A DNA stretch of 64,000 nucleotides from Clostridia bacterium (GCA_017934975.1 JAGBIM010000027.1:171572-235571), one strand, 5' to 3'. Shown: positions 48,306 to 58,898, numbered from the stretch's first letter. The notes: generated by a model not told the origin, from the sequence alone. Made by a program: numbers and translations.

Positions 48306-49037
48306 TCAAGGAAGATCGTCTTCTTCTGTTTGCTTGTGGTTTCTCTTGGGTTGAATGATCTTTTTGTAGACCAGAATTCCTGCGATGCTGATGGCCGCCG
48401 TGAGGGCAAGGGCAATGCCTGCCAGCAGATATTCCCGCTCGCCCAGAGAAGCCCCGCTGACGGTGGACGTGACGATGGAGGGGATCCGGGCCACGGTGGA
48501 AATCAGAATCCACGTGCCCTGCTTCATGTCGGTCAGCCCCACGAAATAGCAAAGCAGATCTTTCGGCGTTCCGGGGATGGCAAAGACCAGAAAGGTGATC
48601 CAGTTCCGTCGCTTTTCCGATCGTAAAAACCAAAGAGAGCGAATTTTTTCAATGGGGAAGAAGATTTCCACCAAGCGGATTCCGAATTTTTTCACCAACA
48701 GAAAAACCAGAATTCCGCCCAGCGTGGTGGCGATCATGCACAGAAGTGTGCCTTCCAGAAAACCGAAGGCGTATCCCGCCCCCAGCTCCAGAGGCTCTCC
48801 CGGAATGATGGCAAAGATGACCTGAAACACGGTCACTGCAATGAATACGATTTCACTCCAGATCCCAAAGCCGTCGATCCAGTTTCGGAAATCCTCGGGC
48901 TTTTCGAGGAAGCGCATCAAGGGAAAGCCGATAAAAACCGTAATGGCCGCCATGAACAGCACCAGAACCGAAACCGTAATCACGGCAAAGATCTTCTTCT
49001 GTTTTTGGGTCAATCGTTCGGTCTTGTTCGGTTCCAT
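48306..49037 (-). CDS. TVP38/TMEM64 (DedA-related) family membrane protein
   Basis: FQVIFAIIPGEPLELGAGYAFG signature region and about 6 TM helices. Confidence 0.8.
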   Translation of the reverse strand: MEPNKTERLTQKQKKIFAVITVSVLVLFMAAITVFIGFPLMRFLEKPEDFRNWIDGFGIWSEIVFIAVTVFQVIFAIIPGEPLELGAGYAFGFLEGTLLCMIATTLGGILVFLLVKKFGIRLVEIFFPIEKIRSLWFLRSEKRRNWITFLVFAIPGTPKDLLCYFVGLTDMKQGTWILISTVARIPSIVTSTVSGASLGEREYLLAGIALALTAAISIAGILVYKKIIQPKRNHKQTEEDDLP

Positions 49038-49055
49038 AGGTTTATCCTTTTTCGA

Positions 49056-50981
49056 TTATTCTTGCGTAAGGAGCGGGAATGCCAGGGTTACTTTGAATAG
49101 ATCTCCGTCAATGTCTACGCGGAAGGTTCCCCGTTGCAATTCCACCAAACTGCGGGCAATGGCCAGCCCCAATCCGCTTCCCTCCGTGTTGCGGGATTGA
49201 TCCCCTCGCACGAAGCGTTCGGTCAGTTCCTGCGAATCCACGTTCAACGGGTCGCGGGAAATGTTACGGAAGGTGATGACTGCATTTCCTGTTTCTTGGG
49301 TCAACGTCAGATAGACTCGCGTATTTTCCAGCGCATATTTGCACACGTTGTTCATCAGGTTATCAAAGATTCGCCACAGTCGCCGTCCGTCTGCGGATAT
49401 CGTTACGGGGGTCTGCGGTGCGGTTAAAATAACCGACAAGCCTTTTTCTTCGGTGCGCTGCTGATATTCTCCCACCGTTTGTTCCAACAATACGTTCAGG
49501 TCGCAGGGTGCAAATTCCACCGATAAGGTCCCGGAGGACGCTTTGGAAACTTCCACCACGTCGTCGGTCAGCTTTTTCAGCCGTGCGGACTGTCTCTGCA
49601 GGACGGAAAGATATTCTTTTCCCTTTTCGGAAAGGGACTCGTCTTTGCTGAGCAAATCGGTATAATTTATAATGGAAGTCAAGGGCGTTTTGATGTCGTG
49701 GGAAACGTTTGTAATCAGTTCCGTTTTCATCCGTTCGCTCTTAATCCGTTCGTTGACCGCTGTGGATAGGCCGTCCTCGATTCGGTTGAGGGTTTCTGCG
49801 TGCACTTTCATGGGACCTATAAATTGATTTTCATTCAATTTTTGGGTCAGATTCCCTTCGGTCAGAGTTTTTGCTTTTTTCTGCAAAAGGGAAAAGTTAT
49901 AGGCAATCAGAACGGCAGCTGCAAAAATAACAAGCCATTCCAAAAGGAAGAGGAGGCCAAGGCCTTCTTCTCTGCACGCAAAAGCAACGATGACGTTGAC
50001 TGCTCCCAGTGTCCCCGTGATGCCGGCTGTCAAGGGAACGGCGGGGATTCTTTGCAGGAATTTCCAAAGGGTGGAAAAGGTTTTCTTTCCAAGGCGGACC
50101 AGACCGTGCAAAATGCGATAAACAAGGGTGTTTTTCAGAAGTGCTTTTCCTTTGATTCGAGCCGCTACGGTGTATAAGAGCCACGTCAAAGAAAGGGACA
50201 GAATTTCAGCGCCGCAAAGGAGGAACCCCAGTGTGAGGCGTGACGTTTGTTCTTCGGTCCCCGCATACGCCAAAGCACCAAACCCGACGATACCCGCTGC
50301 CAAGAAACCCAGCATGAGGTCTAAGGGAATCCGATCGGCAAGGTTTAATACGATTTCTTTTTCGGAACCTTTTCGTCCCGCGAGACGGCAAAGAAACACG
50401 CCGCAACCAACCGTAATGGTGAGGGCTGCGATTCCCAGAAGGAACAGGTTCGATTTCTGTGTCAGCAGGGTGTTGCGAATTTCCCGTTGCGTTTGAATGG
50501 CTTGAATTTCATCGGACTGCTCCGTAAAGCTTCCGGTAAGCCGATAATATATCTTGCAGAGATCGGGATCGTACATCCAGCTGAAGTCTTCCGTTGTCCA
50601 AAACCGGAACGGTCCCGTTTCTCCGTTATCGCCGTAGATTTTTGCGACGAAGATGGTTTGCGGGTGCAAAAATCCGAAATCCGGTGCTTGTGCCGAGGGA
50701 ATTTCCGTATCTTGCAGATCTTCAATGCGATATTCGAAATCGCCTTTCGAGGCGGGCAATGCTTCTCTATCATGAAGATAGATGCTTGCGATTTGATAGA
50801 GTTCTGATTCGGTGTTGTACCTCAGTCGCCGCTCCCGGGGAAGGAGGTATCCTTCTTTGGAATAATCGGAAAACTCCAGAAAGGCAGACGCTGCGATTCC
50901 GAATACCGACGCAAGCAGGACAAAAGACGTAAAAAGGGCAAGGAAAAATTTGAATGGCGCAGAATAAAACAGTTTTTTCAA
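49056..50981 (-). CDS. Sensor histidine kinase (multi-TM sensor, HisKA plus HATPase_c)
   Basis: H-box NVSHDIKTPLTSI, N/G-boxes, GSGLGLAIARSLVELQRG. Confidence 0.9.
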   Translation of the reverse strand: MKKLFYSAPFKFFLALFTSFVLLASVFGIAASAFLEFSDYSKEGYLLPRERRLRYNTESELYQIASIYLHDREALPASKGDFEYRIEDLQDTEIPSAQAPDFGFLHPQTIFVAKIYGDNGETGPFRFWTTEDFSWMYDPDLCKIYYRLTGSFTEQSDEIQAIQTQREIRNTLLTQKSNLFLLGIAALTITVGCGVFLCRLAGRKGSEKEIVLNLADRIPLDLMLGFLAAGIVGFGALAYAGTEEQTSRLTLGFLLCGAEILSLSLTWLLYTVAARIKGKALLKNTLVYRILHGLVRLGKKTFSTLWKFLQRIPAVPLTAGITGTLGAVNVIVAFACREEGLGLLFLLEWLVIFAAAVLIAYNFSLLQKKAKTLTEGNLTQKLNENQFIGPMKVHAETLNRIEDGLSTAVNERIKSERMKTELITNVSHDIKTPLTSIINYTDLLSKDESLSEKGKEYLSVLQRQSARLKKLTDDVVEVSKASSGTLSVEFAPCDLNVLLEQTVGEYQQRTEEKGLSVILTAPQTPVTISADGRRLWRIFDNLMNNVCKYALENTRVYLTLTQETGNAVITFRNISRDPLNVDSQELTERFVRGDQSRNTEGSGLGLAIARSLVELQRGTFRVDIDGDLFKVTLAFPLLTQE

Positions 50982-50983
50982 GG

Positions 50984-51676
50984 TTAATTCCCCCGTTCGA
51001 GCTTGTACCCTTGTGCCCAGACCACTTTCAGATAGCGGGGCTCGGAAGGGTTGATCTCAATTTTTTCACGGAGGTGACGGATATGAACCGCAACGGTGGC
51101 TTCCGCGCCGAAAGGGGCGTCCTTCCAGACTTTGCGGTAGATGTCTTTCGGAGAGATGACTTCTCCCGGATGTTGCAGAAGGAGCCGAAGAATATCGTAT
51201 TCCGTGGGGGTGAGGGAAATCGGGTCCCCGTCCACGGTCACGGATTTTGCCTTGTCGTCCAGTTCGATCCCGCCGCAGGTGTAAACGTCGGTCTTTTTCA
51301 CCGATCCGCCCAGGTTGTTGTAGCGGCGTAGGTGAGATCGGACGCGGGCGATCAATTCTACGGGATTGAAAGGCTTTGTGACGTAATCGTCCGCACCCAG
51401 ATTCAACCCAAGAATCTTGTCCGTGTCTTCGCTCTTTGCCGTAAGCAGAATTACGGGTACGTTGGATGTTTCTCGGATTTTTACCGTGGCGGAAAGACCG
51501 TCTTCTCCGGGCATCATCACGTCCATCAGTACCAGGTCAATTTCTTTTTCGGCAAGAATTTTTCGGGCTTGTATCCCGGAATAGGCCTCTTCCGTGGCAA
51601 ACCCTTCTGCGGTGAGATAAATTTTCAGAGCGGATACGATATCCTGTTCGTCGTCGCAAATCAAAATTCGGTTCAT
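50984..51676 (-). CDS. OmpR-family response regulator
   Basis: Receiver domain (ILICDDEQDI..., LVLMDVMMP) plus winged-helix Trans_reg_C. Start at ATG 51676 (GGAGG RBS). Confidence 0.9.
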   Translation of the reverse strand: MNRILICDDEQDIVSALKIYLTAEGFATEEAYSGIQARKILAEKEIDLVLMDVMMPGEDGLSATVKIRETSNVPVILLTAKSEDTDKILGLNLGADDYVTKPFNPVELIARVRSHLRRYNNLGGSVKKTDVYTCGGIELDDKAKSVTVDGDPISLTPTEYDILRLLLQHPGEVISPKDIYRKVWKDAPFGAEATVAVHIRHLREKIEINPSEPRYLKVVWAQGYKLERGN

Positions 51677-51759
51677 ATCTTTCATCCTCCGAGAACAGTA
51701 TATCAAAACCCGTCTTAAGAAGAAAGGGGGTAAATCTTTAAGATTTTATTAACGGGGAC

Positions 51760-54576
51760 TTATTCGTTCTCCGCCGTCGGGCTTTCCGCTCCGGGTGCGG
51801 ATTCGGGAGAAATCGTAGGTCCGTTCGGCACCGTTTCCGTGGTGGGGACGGTTTTTTTGACGGAGATTCTGTCCCGGAAGGTGGGAAATCCCTTGCGGAA
51901 GCGGAAGGCAAGGAAGAGGAAGATGACAAGGCAGGTGACCGAAATGATCACGCCTTCCGTAAATCCTTTGGGCACGTAGCGCAATTCCACCGTGTGGGTA
52001 CCCTCGGTCAGATAGGCGCCGATGTAGGGCGCGTCGTAGGTTCTGCGGTATTCGCCGTTCACGTAATAGTCGCCGCCCAGCATGGGCTTGATTTCGGTTT
52101 CCACGCCGTCCACGTACAGTTTCCAGTCTTCGGTATAGGGAATCACCGTGCAGAACAGGCCGTCCTTGAGGACGGTGATGTCCCCCTTCAGATGCGTGTC
52201 GGAAAAGTCGGTGGGGTTCCAGGTTTCGTCCGCGAGGTTCTTCCAGCCGTTGTTGAAATATCCTTCGTTGAAGTAATAGCAATAGAAGCTGATAGACTGA
52301 TCCTTTTCGTTGGGATCTACGGAAATGCGGACTCGGAATTCTTCGTTCGCCGTAACCTGACAAATGGGGGCGATATAACGCAATTCCGCAACGGGGTGAT
52401 TGTATACGCCGCCCGATTCGGTATAGACCTTAATCGAGCCGCCGCCCGAAATACGCATATAGGCGTAATAGGTTCCCGAATTTTCCGCTTTGAAGGTCAG
52501 ATCCAGGGTTCCGTCGTTTTCGCCCGTGGTGTAGCGGTATTCCGAGGCGCCTGCCACTTCAAAGTTCTCAAAATTATAATGCTCGTATTTTTCCGCAGGT
52601 CTGCTGAAAAAGATATTCTGAATGGAGCCTGTCAGATGCTGGAACAGACGGTTCTGTACCTGGAAGGGGCTGTTGCTGTATTGGAATTCCGTAATGGAAT
52701 CGTCCACCATAAATCCTGCCCCGAGGAAGGCGGTGTTTTCGAATACCTTCAGGTTGTTTTCTTCGTAGCAGAATTCCGACAAGCTTCCGCCCACCAGATC
52801 CCCGCTGCGGGAGGTAATATATTTAATTCCCAGCAGAGTGTTGTTGATGGGGGTGGAGTAGTTGTAATAATAACTGTTTGCGCCCGTCGTGAAGCCCAGG
52901 GAGGACAGGAACTTGGTCACGTTGCGGTTTGCGGTGGAGGAGAACTGACCGATGCCGCGATATCCGTACATGGCACCGTCGTTGTGATAATAGCGGCAGC
53001 TCATTTCCGTCCGCCAGAACTCGGGATCCCGATTTTCCAGGACCTGGTTCAGTTGGGTGATTTCTTCCTGTCGATAGGGGTATCCGAAATAGGAAGTTTT
53101 CCCCACGGTGTGCATACTCAGCGTAATGCTGGCAATCATTTCCGCAGAGATCATAATGCAAAGGAAGGTGGTGAAGGCCGCCTTTTGCAGATATTTGCGT
53201 TCGTACAGAAAGAGGAACAAAAGATACGCGGCAATGAGGATGATATTTGCCATGGTCTTTTTCGTTCCGAGGGACGTGCAGGAAAGTCCGACCATGACGA
53301 TACCCAGTCCCGCAATGCCGAACAGATCTCTCGAGGACAGATCCTTCAGCAACAGGTATCCCCGATATCCGATCAGCAGAATGACGAAGCTGATCAGGAA
53401 GGTGTACCGTCCCGGAAGCATATTCGGGAAGCGGAATCCGTGGAGAATAAAGTCCAGCACGTTAAAGTTACTGCTGAAAATAAAGAAGGCAAGGAAGAGG
53501 CAATTAATGATCTTGTCCGAAAGGGTGATTTTTTTGGATCGGATATAGATTACGGCCAGAAGCAACGGCAGGACGCCGCAATACAGATTGGGCAACCCTT
53601 CCATGGCAGTGGGTTTGTTGAAGGCCAGCATATTGCCGATGACTTCCAGATAGGAATCGTAGAATTCCGAAACTCCGAATCCGCCTCCTGCGGCAGAATC
53701 GGTATAGCCCAACGCGAAAATCGTGTGAAGCAACAGGAACGCCGTCAGACCGCCCGCCAGAATCGAGCATCCGCCGAACTGCAGGAACCGCCCCAGGAAG
53801 GGTCTTCCGTAGACCTTTTTGATGGCGGCAATGGCGAAGAATGCGATGACGCAGAAATAGCAGACGAATACGCCCAGATAGTAGTTGCAGAGGATGGCCA
53901 ACGCAAGGGAAACGATATAAAGCTTGAATTTCCCTTCCGTGACTAATTTATACAGTCCCAAAAATACCAACGGTAAGAGGGCCACCGTGTCCATCCAGAT
54001 GGTGTCCCAATAATATCCCATGATGAAGCTGCAGAAGGCGTACATCCATCCGAAGAAGGTGATGGAGACGTCGTTTTTGCGGAAAATGTTACGCAGCATC
54101 AGGGCGGAGAAGAGTCCCGCGCAACCCACCTTGATGGTCAGAAGCACCGTCATCACGTCCCGCAGAATTGCGGCGGGGAAGAAGACGGTCAGCAGATTCA
54201 GAGGCGACGCGATATAGTAAGCGATCAGAGAGCCGTAGTCGGTTCCCATGCCACCGTTCCAGCTCCAGAAGATGGATTCGCCCTCCTGAAGGCGTCCGTG
54301 GAATTCCTGCAGGAAGGGATAATACTGCTCCCGCAGGTCGGAATAAAGCATCTGCCGATCGGCAAAGCCTTCAAAGGTTTCCGGGGAAATTTGTTTCAGA
54401 AGCCATTCTACGGGAATGGCAAAGGGGCGCACGCCGCTGAAGGCAAAGCCCAGAGCCATTACCAGGAAGGGAATGCAAAAGGCCAGAATCAGCCACGTGG
54501 GATTTTTCCCGATGGGGGCTTGGGGCTCCGTTTTCGTATAGAAAAAGCGGTTTTGTTTGAGCAAGGGTGACGTCAT
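51760..54576 (-). CDS. YfhO-family membrane protein (putative glycosyltransferase for teichoic-acid glycosylation)
   Basis: 938 aa, about 13 TM N-terminal domain with YfhO pattern, then a large extracytoplasmic domain and a C-terminal TM. Confidence 0.75.
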   Translation of the reverse strand: MTSPLLKQNRFFYTKTEPQAPIGKNPTWLILAFCIPFLVMALGFAFSGVRPFAIPVEWLLKQISPETFEGFADRQMLYSDLREQYYPFLQEFHGRLQEGESIFWSWNGGMGTDYGSLIAYYIASPLNLLTVFFPAAILRDVMTVLLTIKVGCAGLFSALMLRNIFRKNDVSITFFGWMYAFCSFIMGYYWDTIWMDTVALLPLVFLGLYKLVTEGKFKLYIVSLALAILCNYYLGVFVCYFCVIAFFAIAAIKKVYGRPFLGRFLQFGGCSILAGGLTAFLLLHTIFALGYTDSAAGGGFGVSEFYDSYLEVIGNMLAFNKPTAMEGLPNLYCGVLPLLLAVIYIRSKKITLSDKIINCLFLAFFIFSSNFNVLDFILHGFRFPNMLPGRYTFLISFVILLIGYRGYLLLKDLSSRDLFGIAGLGIVMVGLSCTSLGTKKTMANIILIAAYLLFLFLYERKYLQKAAFTTFLCIMISAEMIASITLSMHTVGKTSYFGYPYRQEEITQLNQVLENRDPEFWRTEMSCRYYHNDGAMYGYRGIGQFSSTANRNVTKFLSSLGFTTGANSYYYNYSTPINNTLLGIKYITSRSGDLVGGSLSEFCYEENNLKVFENTAFLGAGFMVDDSITEFQYSNSPFQVQNRLFQHLTGSIQNIFFSRPAEKYEHYNFENFEVAGASEYRYTTGENDGTLDLTFKAENSGTYYAYMRISGGGSIKVYTESGGVYNHPVAELRYIAPICQVTANEEFRVRISVDPNEKDQSISFYCYYFNEGYFNNGWKNLADETWNPTDFSDTHLKGDITVLKDGLFCTVIPYTEDWKLYVDGVETEIKPMLGGDYYVNGEYRRTYDAPYIGAYLTEGTHTVELRYVPKGFTEGVIISVTCLVIFLFLAFRFRKGFPTFRDRISVKKTVPTTETVPNGPTISPESAPGAESPTAENE

Positions 54577-55157
54577 TGCTTGTCCTCCGTCATTTCGTCC
54601 AGGGTCTTGCCGAAGCTTTCCAGAAATTCTTCTTCAAAGGCCCGCAGGCTTTGCAAGGGCATGTCCTGCAGCTTTTGCCACAGGGTTCGTTCCGCCGAAA
54701 GGAACTCCCGATTGCCCGCCTGGCGTTCGGCCACGCATTTGATATATGCAGATAGGGTGTCCGCCGCTTTGACGAAAATCCATTCGGGCTCCCGTTCTCC
54801 GTTGAGAATGTCCGAATAGTCCTCCTGCAGGTCGGCGGGTAATTTTGCCAAAAGAGAATCCTTGGCGTAATCTTCCACTTCCCGGTATCCGCCCAAAATC
54901 TCCCTGCTGTAATATTTCACGGGAGTGGGAAGGTCACCGGTAATCGTTTCGGCCGCATCGTGATACAACGCAAGAACCGCCGCCCGATCGGGGTTCAGGT
55001 TTGCACCGAACCGACGGTTTTCAATCAGCACCAGCGCGTGGGCAAGGATTGCGGTCTGTTGAGCGTGCTCCGTCAGATTTTCGGGAATGGTGCTGCGCAT
55101 CAGCCCCCACCGACGGATAAACCGCATACGGTCGATAAAGGCAAAGAAATGGAACAT
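54573..55157 (-). CDS. HD-domain 5'-deoxynucleotidase (YfbR-like)
   Basis: NLTEHAQQTAILAHAL...LYHDAAETITGDLPTP HD motif arrangement. Confidence 0.85.
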   Translation of the reverse strand: MFHFFAFIDRMRFIRRWGLMRSTIPENLTEHAQQTAILAHALVLIENRRFGANLNPDRAAVLALYHDAAETITGDLPTPVKYYSREILGGYREVEDYAKDSLLAKLPADLQEDYSDILNGEREPEWIFVKAADTLSAYIKCVAERQAGNREFLSAERTLWQKLQDMPLQSLRAFEEEFLESFGKTLDEMTEDKQ

Positions 55158-55207
55158 TACGCTCCCTCCTTGTGGGAATCGGATTTCGTATCATTTGGAA
55201 AAACGGA

Positions 55208-55241
55208 GAGACGAGCAATCCCGTCTCTCCGTAAGGTTCGT
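55208..55241 (-). terminator. Intrinsic terminator after prs
   Basis: CGGAGAGACG-loop-CGTCTCTCCG stem with a T-tract on the minus strand. Confidence 0.8.
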
Positions 55242-55243
55242 TT

Positions 55244-56416
55244 TTACTTCTCGGCCTGTTCCTTCTTGTAACGGGCCAGGAGAGCGTCGATCTTCTGATG
55301 GGGATCCAACAGCTTGGATACCGACTGATTCTGATGCATGGCCAGAACGTAGTACGCGATGTACTTGGAGCAGTCCACGTCGGTGAACCAATCCTTGGCC
55401 AGCAGTTCGGGGGTGCGATAGGTCAGGTTCGTGGCAAGAACGCCGGTGATCACGCCGTCGTCTACCGCCTTCTGGAACTTGTCCAATCCTTCGGTGAACA
55501 GACCGTAGGTGGCGGTCATGAAGATGCGCTTTGCGCCCTTTTCCTTCAGCTCGTAGGCCAGGCCCAGCATGGAGTCGCCCGAAGCGATGATATCGTCCGC
55601 AACGAGAATATCCTTCCCGGCAACGGAGTTGCCCATGTATTCGTGTGCCACGATGGGGTTGCGGCCGTTGACCACGGTGGAGAAGTCGCGGCGCTTGTAG
55701 AACATACCCAGATCTACGCCCAGAACGGAAGCGTAATAGATGTTGCGCTGCATGGCGCCTTCGTCGGGGGAGACGATCATCAGATGTTCCTTGTCCAGGT
55801 TCAGATTCTTGTATTTTTTCAGAAGAGCCTTCAGCACCTGATAGGTGGGCATGACGTTATCGAAGCCCATGAAGGGGGTTGCGTTCTGAACGCGGGGGTC
55901 GTGAGCGTCGAAGGTGATGATGTTCTTCACGCCGATGGCTTCCAGCTCCTGCAGAGCCACTGCGCAGTCGAGGGACTCACGGGTGGAGCGCTTGTGCTGA
56001 CGACCGCCGTAAAGGGTGGGCATGATGACCGTGATGCGGTAAGCCTTACCGGAAACGGCCTGGATGGCGCGCTTCAGATCCTGGAAATGATCGTCGGGAG
56101 ACATGGGAACCTTCCGTCCGAACATTTCGTATTCCAGAGAGTAGTTGCCCATATCGGTGACGATGAACAGGTCGTAGCCCCGAGCGGATTCCTTCAGAAC
56201 GGCTTTGCCGTCCCCGGAGGTGAAACGGGGGCAGACCACTTCCATCAAGAGGGAATCCCGCATGGTGGGATCGTCTTTATAATGGGGGTACTTATCGTGG
56301 TACCACTTGGTCAGGTGCTTGTCGATCTTCTGGCTCAGTTCGGCGGCGCCGGGCATGGCCAGAATGCCGAGGGGGAAATACTCGTTGGGGTGGGTGATGA
56401 ATTTCTGATCTTCCAT
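55244..56416 (-). CDS. prs: Ribose-phosphate pyrophosphokinase (long form)
   Basis: Pribosyltran_N and PRPP-binding loop (ILVADDIIASGDSM). Start at ATG 56416. Has an insertion relative to class-I Prs. Confidence 0.8.
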   Translation of the reverse strand: MEDQKFITHPNEYFPLGILAMPGAAELSQKIDKHLTKWYHDKYPHYKDDPTMRDSLLMEVVCPRFTSGDGKAVLKESARGYDLFIVTDMGNYSLEYEMFGRKVPMSPDDHFQDLKRAIQAVSGKAYRITVIMPTLYGGRQHKRSTRESLDCAVALQELEAIGVKNIITFDAHDPRVQNATPFMGFDNVMPTYQVLKALLKKYKNLNLDKEHLMIVSPDEGAMQRNIYYASVLGVDLGMFYKRRDFSTVVNGRNPIVAHEYMGNSVAGKDILVADDIIASGDSMLGLAYELKEKGAKRIFMTATYGLFTEGLDKFQKAVDDGVITGVLATNLTYRTPELLAKDWFTDVDCSKYIAYYVLAMHQNQSVSKLLDPHQKIDALLARYKKEQAEK

Positions 56417-56514
56417 GATGTTGCTCTCCGTATCTGTATTTTTCTTTTTTCTCGTTTTCTTCGGGAATAGCGGAAAAGAAGAGTCGGGCTTTGGGCTCAC
56501 TCTTCTTATTCGTG

Positions 56515-56805
56515 TTATTCCTCTTCGTCCGCGCGATCCAGCCAAATGGTGGCGATCTCCATCGCGTCTGCCATGGATTTCTTTTCGGTTTTCTGAATGA
56601 CGCGCTCGTTGGGCTTTGCTTCGGGGTCGTTATTCTGCAGTTCCACGGAAATGCGGGTGGACTTGGTAATATCCCCGTCGGGGACTTCGTCCAGAATCTG
56701 CATCATGACCACGTTTTTGTCGGTCAGATTTCCGTAGAAAATTACGTTGCCCGAACGCACCAAGGGGCGACCCTTATAGGTCAGGAAGGAAGTTTCCTCT
56801 GCCAT
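56515..56805 (-). CDS. Hypothetical acidic protein (96 aa) co-oriented upstream of prs
   Basis: GGAGG RBS. No recognisable family. Confidence 0.5.
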   Translation of the reverse strand: MAEETSFLTYKGRPLVRSGNVIFYGNLTDKNVVMMQILDEVPDGDITKSTRISVELQNNDPEAKPNERVIQKTEKKSMADAMEIATIWLDRADEEE

Positions 56806-56965
56806 AATTTTGTGCCTCCGTTCCAAAAAATTTATAGATATAATATATTATAACATAAAAGACCGTGGATGTCAAGCGGAACGGGTAAAAAAATTGCACA
56901 ATCTTTCTCTTTTTGCGCATAGTCCCTCCGTGGGTTGTGCATACTTTGGGTGAGGTGATTTATTT

Positions 56966-57424
56966 ATGCTGCAACTGACCCAAAAAGAAAAGACCCTTCT
57001 TCAGGATATGAAGGAGCAGGAACAGCTCTGTATCGACAAGTACACCAAGCACGCTCAGTGCGCCAAGGACCCCCAGCTGAAGAATCTGTTTTCTCAGATG
57101 GCCACCACGGAAAACGAGCATCTGAATACCCTGAATCAGATCTGCTCCGGCACCGTTCCTTCCCCTGCGGGCGGAAGCAAAACCATGCCCACCTTTACGG
57201 CGGCTTACAACTGTGAGAATTGCGACAAGCAGAACGACAAATATCTCTGCTCCGACGCACTGGCCATCGAAAAGCACGCGTCCCATCTGTACGACACCTG
57301 CGTGTTCGAATTTGCCGACGAGAACGTGCGCAAAACCCTCAACCACATCCAGAAAGAGGAGCAGGACCACGGCAAGATGCTCTACGACTATATGAGCGTC
57401 AACGGTATGTACTGCGCGTCCTGA
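56966..57424 (+). CDS. Spore coat protein F-like (Coat_F domain)
   Basis: Coat_F-like pattern (LTQKEKTLLQDMKEQEQLCIDKYTKHAQCAKDPQLKNLF...ENEH). Confidence 0.6.
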   Translation: MLQLTQKEKTLLQDMKEQEQLCIDKYTKHAQCAKDPQLKNLFSQMATTENEHLNTLNQICSGTVPSPAGGSKTMPTFTAAYNCENCDKQNDKYLCSDALAIEKHASHLYDTCVFEFADENVRKTLNHIQKEEQDHGKMLYDYMSVNGMYCAS

Positions 57425-57470
57425 ATCGAAGAGAACAAAGATGCGGCGCAGGATTTCCTGCGCCGCACTG

Positions 57471-58070
57471 TTAATTTGCTTGTTTTTCGATTTGAAGGTA
57501 GTAGGCATGCAAAAGTTGGAGCGGGTACCAATTTTCTTCGCTTTTGATGAGGCGGACGAGTTGTACGTTCCCCGAAGAAATTTCTACATTTGCAACAAAG
57601 ACTCCTTCCTCTGTTTTGGACTCTTTAATGACAATTTCTTCGTCGAAGGCCTTGTTGAGTGTGAAAAAATTTTCATCTTCGCGTTGCACTATTTCAAAGA
57701 AGAAATCTACAAAGTCCGTGCGTTCTGAGGCTGACATATTGTTCAGAATGATGGGAGGAAGATATTGATCCAACCGATCGCAGATGTCTTTTTTTGCTTT
57801 GCTCAGTGTGTTTTTTTCGCTGTAGAAAAGTTGAAAATGGTTTTTGATTGCCTCTTCTTGCGTAATGGTATCCGGTTTTGTGTCCCCAAAGGCAAAGACC
57901 AGAACGAGTACCAAAAGTGCCGCGATTCCGCTGACAAGGGCAATCCAAAGTCCTCTTTTTCCGCTATTTTTTTCTTTTTTATTTGACGTGGTAATAAAGG
58001 ATTTTCCGCAAGCAGGGCAAAACTTACTTTCTGTTTCAATCATTGTTCCGCATATTTTACAAAAGGCCAT
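57471..58070 (-). CDS. Zinc-ribbon / single-TM / extracytoplasmic-domain protein (paralog A)
   Basis: CKICG...CPACG ribbon, Lys-rich linker, TM helix, about 140-aa C-terminal domain. AT-rich gene. Confidence 0.6.
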   Translation of the reverse strand: MAFCKICGTMIETESKFCPACGKSFITTSNKKEKNSGKRGLWIALVSGIAALLVLVLVFAFGDTKPDTITQEEAIKNHFQLFYSEKNTLSKAKKDICDRLDQYLPPIILNNMSASERTDFVDFFFEIVQREDENFFTLNKAFDEEIVIKESKTEEGVFVANVEISSGNVQLVRLIKSEENWYPLQLLHAYYLQIEKQAN

Positions 58071-58075
58071 ATCGC

Positions 58076-58765
58076 TTACTCCCGTTCCCCATTATCCTCA
58101 AGAATGTAGAGGAATTCTTCTAACAGTTCATTGTCGGCCGGATACCATTCACCGTCGATTTTGACCATGTCAAGGCGATCGGAATCTGTATCCATTTTCT
58201 TCGTTCCGATAACGGTGTAGCGGAAACGAGCGGTTCCTCCCTCTGTTGCCAACAATCCCGAAATGCCGAGACATGCATTGAAATCGAACAATTCATCAGA
58301 GCTCCAAGGTTCGAACTCGGTCATTTCAACGGTTACCGTGGAATTTTTTCCGAATTCTTTTGAAAGTTCAGGATAATCATGTAGATGTTTAATACTTTTT
58401 GTAATACATTCTTCCGTTTCTTCCGGATATTTTTCTTGCAGAGTTTTTGGTATGCAACATTCAATTACGTTTGCATCTCGGGCTACTTCAGCTTGAAAAA
58501 TAGCCGTACAATAACTTTTGATAGCCGCTTCGGGTGTGGCGCGCTTTGGATCGGCAGAGTCTCCGAGGCAGAAGAAAAGAATAACCGCAAAAAGGACTGC
58601 AACGCAGACTCCGATCAACGCAAAAATCAATCCTTTTTTCGACTTCTTCTTCGATTTTTGTGCGGAAGAAACGGTTGTTTCGGTTTTGTTTAAGATACAT
58701 AAGCAAGTGGAGCAAAAGGATGCATTTGGTTCGATTTGTGTCCCGCAGTGTGTACAAAATGTCAT
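58076..58765 (-). CDS. Zinc-ribbon / single-TM / extracytoplasmic-domain protein (paralog B)
   Basis: CTHCG...CSTC ribbon, KKKSKK linker, TM helix. Same architecture as the neighbour. Confidence 0.6.
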   Translation of the reverse strand: MTFCTHCGTQIEPNASFCSTCLCILNKTETTVSSAQKSKKKSKKGLIFALIGVCVAVLFAVILFFCLGDSADPKRATPEAAIKSYCTAIFQAEVARDANVIECCIPKTLQEKYPEETEECITKSIKHLHDYPELSKEFGKNSTVTVEMTEFEPWSSDELFDFNACLGISGLLATEGGTARFRYTVIGTKKMDTDSDRLDMVKIDGEWYPADNELLEEFLYILEDNGERE

Positions 58766-58898
58766 GTTTTTACCTCCAAAATTTTATTTCTGAGAAGATT
58801 ATATCACATAAAAACACAAAAGTCAACTCAAAAGAGGTAACTTTTTGTAAAATAATGTTGTACAATAGGATTATCTCAAATGAGTTAGGAGGGGCAGC

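Noticed and set aside
56827-56965. A sigma-K or sigma-E (mother-cell) promoter upstream of the cotF-like gene
   Set aside because: Several CATA-containing segments exist (GCGCATAGTCC, TGTGCATACTTTG), but none gives a convincing -35/-10 pair at proper spacing. Left unannotated.
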